Shown here piece by piece: positions 39,395 through 52,445 of a stretch of DNA of 64,000 nucleotides (positions are counted from its first letter, which is position 1; each line of letters opens with the position of its first letter). The position numbers and the translations under genes were made by a program. The notes below the pieces were generated by a model, which saw nothing but the letters and a program-made list of their open reading frames with translations, made no database searches and was not told the DNA's origin. The stretch lies in NCBI GenBank assembly GCA_046563655.1, contig CM102286.1:6510001-6574000 (forward strand). Direction: 5' to 3'. This DNA is from Yuukianura sp. NJ FZ-2021 (Eukaryota).

Positions 39395-41951
39395 ATGAAA
39401 GCCAAATTGTTGCTGTGCGTGTTGTTCCTGACATGTTTGGGTGCTGGAAACTCGCAAAACGATGAACGTCCACCACCGAGGTACAGCTCCGAAAAACTTC
39501 CGAAAACAAAATTTACTTGTGAAGGAAAGTTTTCTGGACGATACTACGCGGATGCAGATACGGACTGCCAAATGTTTCACGTTTGCACAAAATCGAATCG
39601 GAGAGACGTCAGAGATTTCAAGTTCCTGTGCCCTAATGGAACTGTTTTTGATCAGGTCAAATTTGAAAACAAGTTTTATTATAGAAAATTCAAATAAACT
39701 CAAACTGATATTCGTCAATCGTTGTTTTCGTTTTGCAGGAACATCAAGTTTGCGCAGACTACTACCAAGTCGTCTGCCATCCTGACTTAAATACAAATTT
39801 GATGAATCCATTTTTTGAAATTTTAAAAATTACTTCAAAAGACAACACAGCTCGGAAGGAATTGGGTAGTGCATCGCCTCCTCATTCTAACTACTTTAGT
39901 CAAAATAATTTGGGCAATGACGAATTTCAAGTAGAGGAATACAACAATAATAAGTTGGCTTCGTCAAGGAACTCCCTTCCGTTTCAAACCAGTCAATTTA
40001 ATAGCAAAGATGATTCGTTTTCCGCGAAATCAACACCAAATCCAATTCCTGTGACAAAGAAACCCACTACCATTGCACCAATCAGTCATATTCGTAAAGC
40101 ACAACAATCGCCTGTTCAAACGCAGAGAGGTATAACAGAATCATCAATCTTCCCAAAAACAACAAGCAGAACAGACACTTTTGGTGCGCAGCAGCCTAAG
40201 TTTAGTAGTCAGCTTTACCACATGGTGTCGCACGAGTTCGATGACCCTGAGGAACGTAATGGCGAAAGAATTGGCGTAAGATTCGAAACCGCAAAAACTA
40301 CTCCTGCTAGCTCAACCAATCAGAGAGACGGAACGAGATCGGACAAACTCAAAACGAGTTCAATCTTCGACGATTCAGCGTTTAGATTCAGTGATTTCGC
40401 TTCTCTGAGCAAATTTCAGACGCAGTTCCACAAATCACTAGCGAATGTAGAAAAAACAAAAGTTCCGAAAACTAGCACCGAGGATTATGAAGCGACGGCG
40501 TCCTACCCTACTTCCGACACCAGTGAAGAGCTAAACAGTTTTGAATTTACAGAAACGTTTGGTACAACTGAATCTACCACTATTCCAACAAACAGACCGT
40601 CATTTTTTTTCAATTACCAAACTCAAGCCCCCAGACCACGAAATGGTGCATCCATAACACAGAGAACTGAAGATTTCGACTTTACGACGAACTCACGAAC
40701 TCAAACGGCACCTCCAGATGAAACCAGTCCAAGGCGCTCATATTTCCAAAATTCTTTTCAAAACATATATTTAGATGCCACTACTCCTCAAACTTTCAGA
40801 CAACAGCCAACTAGATTCAATGATGAATTCTTTTCCAAAATCGATAATTTGCCAAAATCCCATTTTTCAAAAAATGACGACGAAGATGATTACTACGTGA
40901 ATTTAATTTCAATATCACCACGGTCTACGGCCGTGACTAGAAACGAGTTTGTCAGGGATAATTTTTTTGAAAAAATTGATACGCCATTGACAAGTACAAC
41001 ATTGCGTATTCCAAACCCAACAACACCAACAACCACTGCCAGAACACAACAGCGCCGTCGCCCCAAGCAAAATTTCGAAACAAGAAGACTATTCTTGAAT
41101 CAGGGTCAACCAACGTCCATCGTCGTTCGAAACAGAAATAAAACAACTACGTCAACTACGTCGACCACAGAGAAGCCGGGAAATTTGGAAATACTGAACA
41201 CCGAAGCATCTCTAAACTTTAGATCAGCAAGACTAAACAATTTGAGGAAAAAGCCGGTATTAATTAAAGACTAATGTAGAAGTAGTACTAACGTAAGTGT
41301 GTTACTTATTCTCAAATTCCCAACTCTTGAATTTATTTTAACACAATTATAGGTATCATCGTTTCCTGAGACGGAAGTATTGCTGGAAGATGCTGGTAGG
41401 GCGAACATTTCAACTACAACTACAACTACACCGCATTCTCCAGTTGCATATTCTTCCGACAGGAGCACCGCGGCTTCAAAGGACGAAACGTCCCAAGTTA
41501 CGGATGGTAAACCTTGTATTTCGACGAGCTTTGAACATAATAATAATTCTGTTGATAATTTGCAGTTCCTGAAAAAAGGCTCAAAAAACTACGCGGGAAG
41601 AAGAGGTTGCGCAGTCAGCAGGCGTCGTTGTCCACAACGCCTGCCACGACCACCTCCACTGTGAAGATTGACCGACTATCGGTAACAACTTACCGACCTG
41701 CGTTTCCAATAAATCCATCTACTTTGAGTACTAGAAGCCGTACTACTACTCGAACATTATTGTCGTCGACGAGTACCGAGGAGCCTGAATTGGTGACAGC
41801 TTCCCCAAATCAAATTCGGCGTCTGAAGTCCAGGCTTGCGTTCAATAGGTCAAAAAATCGTAATAGCAAAACTACAGTCTTGCCTGCGCGTGCGTCTTTC
41901 GCCCTACGATCAGAGTCACCTTCATCATCAGTGAGCCCGACGCAAACGTAA
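39395..41951 (+). CDS. Secreted chitin-binding type-2 (peritrophin-A/CPAP1-like) protein with long Ser/Thr-rich mucin-like tail; exons 39395-39655, 39739-41256, 41353-41506, 41566-41951
   Basis: Signal peptide MKAKLLLCVLFLTCLGA and a six-Cys domain FTCEGKFSGRYYADADTDCQMFHVC...FLCPNGTVFDQ|EHQVCADYYQVVC. The remainder is T/S/P-rich. Splice phases are compatible. Confidence 0.88.
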
Positions 41952-43767
41952 CCACACAATCCTGGGGATTGAAAAGGAGCCCACATCGGTAGTTAGATCG
42001 GAGTGACAACTAACCTTAACTATAGAAAAGAGAACATTACGTAATTAAATGCCATTCTCTAGAATGGTTTAAAAATATTTCGCCCAAGAAATTAAAATGC
42101 GGGTTCGTATGCAGTCGAACAGTTAAGAAAACAAATAGTACAAGTTTATTTTCAACAAACGGTTGTAAACCGGTGTACATAAGTAGCGAAGGTGTTTTTC
42201 GCTTACAAGAATTTGGAGAATTACTGGAACGTTTTTTTGTTGGTCTCAAGCTTACGCAAGCGCTGGCAGCGTAATCCTGTTCAGTTTCGACGAATGCAAG
42301 TGTATTTATGACATGATGGCAAAACCTGGTGCACAATATTAATTTGTCGATTTGTTTTTTTTTGTGTCAAATTGACGAGACGTATTCACAGTCAGTGCAA
42401 CTTAACTTTAGCGGGGAAGAAGTGGCTTACCTCCTTCCCCATCAGGACCCATCTTAACGGTCATCTTCATAATCAATGATCATGGCCTAGGTATTTCCTC
42501 CACAAAACCTGTGTTGAGCACCGCCGTAACCTTTGTAGAATAGTATAGAAAAATTAAAATTGTAGCATGGATGTGAGCTGCTGATTTGTTTGCCATGTAT
42601 ATAAGGTAGCAATGCTACACAAACCATGTGCTATTAGGACATTACAATCTACAGAGGTGCTTAATCGTGTTAATATAGCCATTTTCGTAATCTCATAAGA
42701 TTTTCGTTACCTCATTCATAAGATTCGCGAGTAGTGAAAGCTCGAAAACTTTGCAGGGTAATGTTTGACCATATGTCACAGACTGTATTCCCATGTTAAG
42801 AGTAGGGGGAGTCACAGCTGTTAAAACTTAATGCGACGACGAGAGGAAAGAAAAAACACAAACAAAGCTGAGATTCCAACATTATTTACTACTACTCTTA
42901 AATAGTACTTCTTCACCATTGACATCGGCTGGCGGTCAGACACATCTCGAGTCACGTCCGCCACCTCCATTGGTATGTACTTAATCACAACACCTCATCG
43001 TTTGCAATAGCTACGTAACTAGAGACTGCAACGGTGCAACTCCAAGTTCATTTGCTACTTTGTTTTTAATTGTGATTATTCTATTATATTTAGGTATCTT
43101 GTTAACCTTGTTCTCTACCAACAATACAGTGTGCCATACTTAATAATTACCTGGAGGTTGAGTAAAGGTTATATACAAGAAAAGGCCACATACAAGAATC
43201 AAACAGATTAATTAGAGGAAGACGCAAAGGGTCAAGGGTGAGTCTGGGAACGTATTTTTAATCCTTCTTGAGTGGTTGCCAACAATTAACAAATACTATG
43301 ACGACTTTCATTTGTTCACTCTGGATCACAGTTGGATTGTAATGCCCATGTTTGCGTTATTGGGAAGCGGAAGTACAAATGATAGATAACACGTATAAAC
43401 AACTAACCGGAGAAAGCTACTGAAGACTTAACCCAGAGTAGCCTATACCACATGGAATAAGGCTAACTGAATTAGTACAAAAGACTGATTCGAATCAATA
43501 AGTCCGAAAGCTCCAGAATCTCGCTCCCAGCATACCAAGACGCAATGTTGGGTTCATAATAGTGAGTCGTTTTCTTCGGTCGTCTGGTCTATCGCTTATG
43601 CTATCCCAATTAGCATTCATTCACGACAGTCAGGCAGGACGATGTGAGTTGACGCTGGTGTGAGGGAGCAAATTACTACCTCACATTACCATTACCTACC
43701 ATATGATAAATCTTTCCCTTGAGCTAAATCCTAACTCTGCGAACTACGTATACGGATTGAAGTAATA

Positions 43768-43986
43768 CTTTTGTCAAAACGAAAGCAATTTTTTAAAAGC
43801 ATTACCTGATGGGTTTCAGTGTACTGACGTGAGTAAGAATTTCGCCTAGGAGTGGAGGCCAAACTTGTTACGGTTTTTGATTTCTTTTAAAAAAAATTTC
43901 GAAAATGTTGCGAAATTATTACTCAAGTCAGTACACTGCAACCTATCAGGTAATGCGAAAAAAAATTATCTTCTTTTTGACAAAAG
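43768..43986. mobile_element. Tc1/mariner-like (TA-TSD) MITE upstream of the PHD gene
   Basis: TA|CTTTTGTCAAAA ... TTTTGACAAAAG|TA. Inner arms are GCATTACCTGATGGGTTTCAGTGTACTGAC / GTCAGTACACTGCAACCTATCAGGTAATGC. Confidence 0.75.
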
Positions 43987-44317
43987 TACAACTGCATACT
44001 TATTTATTCAATTTTACCGAACCCCGGAATGAAGACCTGAAAATTATTTAATAATTTAATTCGGACACGATACAGGCGGCCTGTAACAGGCCATTTTTTT
44101 TTTAAATAAGTAAAGTGTTTTATTTGCCGACTCATGGTTGGTGAGCATGCGCCTTTGCTGAGTTCGAACCGAATCACCAAACGTAAAAGAGGATATTCTC
44201 CGGTACAATCACAATCGCAGGTTATTGATTGAAATTATTGTTCTAATAGCCGCGACAATTGAAGCCACTAGCGAGATCTGGTTTATTCCTTGTCTTTGGT
44301 ATCAAATTGTTGCCTGA

Positions 44318-46773
<2,456 letters not shown>

Positions 46774-47379
46774 GAGACTGATTGTACCATGGGTGGCGAC
46801 ATGATTCAAATCGCATGGGCTACAACGATTTGGAACGGAATGCGTTTCATCGGTGATACATTAGTCCTTGACGTACTTCGGATGAACGAAGACTTTCCCG
46901 TTTGGATATACGAGATAATATTTTAGGAGTTGAATACGAAAACTGTTGAAGAGTTCATGATCTGCTGCTGTGCTCTACAATTTTATATTTATTTGCTTGC
47001 GCTAAGCAGTTTTATAGTGTAAACTCAATTTATTTGCAAATGTCGTATCGGGAAGTTCAACTGATAGTCATTTTTCTAACTACAGTCTAACCCTTCTTAC
47101 CCTAAAATTCTTCAACTTACTAATGTACCTTATTTTTTCCGCAGTTACAAATCCTCACTGCAGGTCTTAACGCTGAAACGCAGATTAAGGATACATATTG
47201 GAGGTGTTTGTACAAAATAAAGTAATTACGTACATCAACGCACTACTATAAAGTGTAAAATATTATTAATAATAAAAATCCTTTGGGAAAATTGTTTTGA
47301 GTATGGAGTCCGAGTGCTTGAAAATTCTCTCAATCCGAGGAAACTCCATCCAGGAGTACGCCTTGTAACTTGCATTGCA

Positions 47380-47387
47380 TTTGGCGC
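47380..47387 (+). promoter_or_regulatory. Candidate E2F site upstream of importin-alpha
   Basis: TTTGGCGC matches the TTTSSCGC consensus, ~370 bp upstream of the ATG. This is a single motif match only. Confidence 0.3.
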
Positions 47388-47749
47388 AAAATTTGTATTT
47401 TTCGACTAAATTCGTCAGTTAGTACCTAGCTAGCAGCAGGAGGGGAGATCGCCGGCCTACTACTGTAACAATAACATCCATAGAATTCGAATTCCGAAGA
47501 TACGGTCGTGGAGGGAGGCTATAAGAGCTACACACATTACATCCTCAGACGACTCCGAGGAATAGTAAGCCCTAATTGCCGCCAACCTTCAAGGCTAACC
47601 ACTGAAGAAGAGACAGAGAGGACTGCTACTTCCCCTTGCGAGTTGCGACTTGTGAGAGTGTAACTTGTAACGATAAAGGAGTGACAATCATTACCGTGAG
47701 GAACGACAGTACTGCTTGATTCAATCTCTGGTTGACATTTATATCTGTG

Positions 47750-50516
47750 ATGTCGAACTCGCAGCAGGACAGACATCGGAGCTTCAAAAACTTCGGTAGA
47801 GACACAGAGGTAAGGGGAGATTGGTTTAACGACAGTATACCTATCACTTAACGTATGAAGCCGGGTTTGGAATGCTGCTGCACGATGAACCAAGGAGATA
47901 AGGAGAAACATGCGGTCTATATAGAATAAAAGCTGCAACTTAACATAAACGTAACAATAAGCTTTTGATATCTTTCAGGAACTGCGACGCCGTCGGAATG
48001 ACAATGCAGTGGAATTACGGAAGGCTAAAAAGGATGAACAGCTTTCAAAACGAAGGAACATCGACATCGATGAGAACGACGGTCAATCCTTTACAGTAGA
48101 CAACACTAACGCCGATTCCAGTTTAAACCATACTAACAACAGCGTTGTTCTCAGCCAAGAAGTTGTTAGACGAATCGTTTCAGATATCAACAGGTATTTG
48201 CATAGCCAGGGTGTAATTGACGATCAAAGTTTCACAAGTTTTTTCTTTTTGATTTTGCAGCGTTGATAGTTCGCGTCAGTTCTCTGCTACACAAATGGCT
48301 CGCAAAATTTTAAGCCGGGAGCGACATCCTCCTATTGATATCATGGTTAAAGCTGGGATTGTACCAAAATGTATAGAATTCCTTCGCTTCTCCAATCTTC
48401 CGGATCTCCAATTCGAAGCTGCCTGGGTTCTTACAAATATTGCTTCCGGAAACGCTCATCAGACTGACACTGTAGTTCAAGCTAACGCGATTGAACCGTT
48501 CATTCAATTACTTCACTCTCCCCATACTCACGTGGTGGACCAAGCTATCTGGGCGTTAGGAAATATTGCCGGTGATGGCCCTGCTCTTCGTGATTTGGTC
48601 ATCAGCAAGGGTATCATACCACCTCTTATTTCTTTGGCTAAAAGGCAATCTGAGGTGAGATCAATGGATTAATATTTCGAGAGGATAATTTTAAGAGAAT
48701 ATCACAAGTTTTAAGTGGTATCTTTGAACGAATGTGTTTTAGCCATCGTTTCTACAAAACCTTGCTTGGACTCTGTCAAACCTTTGTCGCGGAAAAAATC
48801 CACCACCTCCCGTCGAAGCGTCAAGACTTTGTCTTCCCACACTTCACCGCCTTATCATGTTAGACGACTTGGTAATTGTGTGTAAGTATTGATCTACTTG
48901 GAATTACGACATTTACTTCCTAATTAATTCATATTGCTAGCTTCTTGGTAACAGTTATATTTTCACATAACTTCCTAACCTAACCTAATTGGGTATCATT
49001 TGTTTGTTTACTGTTTCAGCCGACGCTTGTTGGGCTCTATCATATTTAAGTGATGGACCTAATGAAAAGATTGAGGATGTAGTTAACGCTGGTGTTGTGC
49101 CTCGTCTTGTTCAACTCCTTGGATCAGACAACTTTAACGTGATTACCCCGTGCTTGCGAACTGTAGGAAATATTGTTACCGGAAGCGACTCTCAGGTAAT
49201 TTCGTTTCCTATTCTATTAATACAGTAATATTCAGTTAATCTTGGGATAGGAAACTTGAATAACTTTGAATCTTATTTTATAGACTCAGGCTGTTTTGAA
49301 AGCTGGTGTTCTGCCTTATCTTGTTACGCTTCTCGGATCCTTTAAACCGAATGTGGTGAAAGAAGCCGCCTGGACCGTTTCTAACATTGCTGCTGGTACG
49401 GTCGACCAGATCCAAAAGATTATCGATGCTGGCATCGTTCCTCTCTTGGTCAACGTCCTCAATAATGTGAGTTTAACCAGAAATTGTTTCACACTTTTAG
49501 TAGATTAGTACATAAGGAAATTCCTGGTCTTTCTTTTTGCAGGGTGATTTTCGCTCGCAAAAGGAGGCTTGCTGGGCAATTACGAACATTACTTCAGGGG
49601 GAGAATTGATGCATATGGTTCATCTCTTTGAGAAGAATGTTGTCCCTGCACTTTGTAGCATGCTTACAGTAAAAGACTGGAGAGCAGTTATTGTTGTGAT
49701 GGACGGCCTTGAGAATGTCTTGAAGGTGAGTTCCCCTTGCTACCAGATACTACCAGTTCTACCAGAAGTAATTATGCATTTGCAGTGCTGATGCTTATCA
49801 GTTATCGCATCGCATGCATGATAACATCAAAGTCATCGAACTTGCAGAACATTTTGTCGTTCTTTTTATGAAGCACGACTTGATTCTGATTCTGTTCCAG
49901 CAATTCTAGTGAATCAGTTGTCTCATTTGTAAATATACTGAAGTTAAACTTGTATTATTAGCATACAATCTTACTTATCCGTTGATGATTTCAGGCGGCT
50001 CAAGAAGTTGGTGAGTTGGATCGTATCACACGCGTCATTGAAGAATGCGGAGGTTTGGATAAGATCGAGCAACTTCAGACTCATGACAATGTAACCGTTT
50101 ATAACAAGGCGTACGCTCTCATTGATACCTATTTCTCCGAAGAAGTAAGTGATTCTTCTTCATTTACATTTATTCTGACTTTTTTTTTGTTGTATACAAT
50201 GAGTTGCTGGTGTGAAAATCGCGACGGAATATATTAACAGTACTATTGCTACAGTTACTATCCTTTACGGAAATCGGAAGGTCGTGAGGTTTTTAGAAGA
50301 CTAAAAGCTCATGTGAAAATACTATTTATAATATTAACATTAAGAATCTGATTAGTTTCAAGATAGATAAAGGGATTTGCAGAATACGACAATTCACTAA
50401 AAGTCTAATTTTTTTTTCTCACAAAGGCAACTCAGGACGTCGACTTGCTTCCGGACTCTGTCAACGGGGAATATCAAATCACAGTCACCAATAACGTTCA
50501 AAACTTCAATTTGTGA
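47750..50516 (+). CDS. Importin subunit alpha (alpha2/pendulin-like); exons 47750-47809, 47979-48193, 48261-48654, 48743-48881, 49020-49195, 49284-49466, 49543-49725, 49995-50144, 50427-50516
   Basis: IBB domain [39 protein letters not shown] repeats include [88 protein letters not shown] and [16 protein letters not shown]. The subtype assignment is an inference. Confidence 0.95.
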
Positions 50517-50567
50517 ATTACAAGAAACGCTCAAAACTTCAATTTGTGAATTACAAGAAACGCTCAA
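50493..50567 (+). repeat. 33-bp tandem duplication (2.3 units) spanning the importin-alpha stop codon
   Basis: AACG(T/C)TCAAAACTTCAATTTGTGAATTACAAGA at 50493 and 50526, with a partial third unit at 50559. Confidence 0.9.
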
Positions 50568-51588
50568 GACTCAACATACCACCAAACATAATCATTCAAC
50601 CATTTTTTCCTTTCCTTGCTCTCAACACTCATTTTCTATAACAATTTAATGAAAACTCCCAATGTCAAAATTGAAGCCATCAGTGTTCGTCGCAGTATTA
50701 TTGAATTTTGCGCCGGATAATTTCATACCAATTTCATGTAACTTATTTCGGTACCTCATTAGTCATTAAATGCTCATTGGAATTACTCATACCTCGTTGT
50801 TCTTAGATTGCAGTAGAGTTTGACGTGATATTTTGTATGATTAGTTAGAGCTGGAGCTCACAAAATTCGTCATTCTTTCATTTATGGCGGGTCGAAGCTG
50901 GATGAACAGTAATTGTAGAATGAATTATTGAGTAAGTTATTAGTGAAGCTGCTTTGTAATTTTGTTCATGTCTGTCCGTCATCCTTTCTCTCTGCTCAAC
51001 TCTCTCGGAAGCTCAATACGCCGCTGGTTTGAAATCTGTTTTCACGGTTTTCCTTTTTCATTCGGTGACCATATTTTTTTTCACTTAGGCTAAGTTAACA
51101 TTTTGACTTTTGGTGAGAACATTTGTTTTTTAGGTTTATTCATCATGCTTTGCTTAAGGATATGCTTAGCAATCTGACTTTTCTGTCGATACTTTGGAAC
51201 ATTCTTATTCCCTGAAGCGCACTGCCTACGTTTTAGGGTCTTCACACGTATAGATGCTTGTATTATTTCTAGAAACTAAAACTATCGGGAAATACTATAT
51301 TGGACGTAAAAAGTAGTCCAATTTCGTTGACTTGCAAGAGACTCCAGACAGGGTTAGGATAATCCCTTCCTGTATCGAGTCACCGAGCACGTAAGGCCAT
51401 TAAACACACTGTTTTCCTCTTCCTTTCAACGTTCTTTGACTTTTCTAATTGGTCTTCTTCAGAGTCTCTTAACAGGAGACTCCAGCAGTATTCCTGGATG
51501 AAAGGAAGAAAATCGAGGAATTGGTTCTCTTCTGAAAACTTCGTGATGGGAATTCATTCATAGGTCCTATTCTTAGTGATTCGTGTCT

Positions 51589-52445
51589 CAGAGGTGGTAG
51601 CCCGCAGGTAAACCTGCGCAGGTTGCAGGCCAACCTGCAGCACGTGCAGGCGGGCTCAACCTGCGGTGGATTTTTGCAGGCTGCAGGCGTGCAGGTTTTT
51701 ATTTGGAAATGTTGCAGGCGGGCGGGTTCGGACTGCAATGCTCTGCAGGCGCCTGCAGGAGCCTGCATATCGCCTGCAGGCTGCGGGTTGTGATTTTTTG
51801 AGAGTTTATTCTCAGAAACTTCAAGAAAAACAGAAACGAATAGAAAAATTACTTTGGAATGTTGAAGAATTAAAGTCAATGGAACTATGCAAACTTTTTG
51901 CTGCACATTAGTTGCACTACAGGGCCTTTAAACAATAAATAATGAATCCGGAGGCAGAAATATGGTTAAGTAAAGTTGGCGTTACACTTGCCCGTGTAGG
52001 CAACGCAAGATTTGACAGTATAACTTTTGAGGATTTTTTTATGTGCAACGATCCAGAATTTTTAAAAGTTAAACAAACCAAAAGTAAGGTAGCAGTGTCG
52101 CAAAACAATTTATTACTAGGAATTTTTCTCCCTACGTGTTTGGAAAGGACAACCGACAGATAATCGAGGGTGATTGAGTAATTGCCATTATACGCAAACG
52201 AATTTACGCAGTAGTTGTAAGTGTATATTAAAATTTTCGTAGATTACAGTTCGTATAAAAAAAATTGCAGGCTAACTGCAGGCAGCCTGCGCAGGCTGCA
52301 GGCTGGCCTGCTGAAGAGCCTTGCAGGTGCAGGCGTGCAGGCTGCCGATTTTCGATAATTTTGCAGGCTGCAGGCGTGCAGGCTAAAAATTCCTGCAGTG
52401 CAGGCGGGGCAGGTTGGGGAAAATAGTTGCAGGCTACCACCTCTG
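51589..52445 (+). mobile_element. Non-autonomous hAT element, copy 1 (857 bp)
   Basis: TIR CAGAGGTGGTAGCC / GGCTACCACCTCTG, 8-bp TSD TCGTGTCT (51581-51588, 52446-52453) and dense subterminal TGCAGG/CCTGCA repeats. No transposase ORF. Confidence 0.93.

Noticed and set aside
44125..44185. B-box-like GAGTTCGAACC suggesting a tRNA or SINE
   Set aside because: No cloverleaf, no convincing A box and no poly-A or T terminator structure.
51469..52440. Cys/Ala/Gln-rich ORFs (e.g. MVACNYFPQPAPPALQ..., also at 59059-60086)
   Set aside because: They are translations of the TGCAGG subterminal repeats of the hAT element, not genes.
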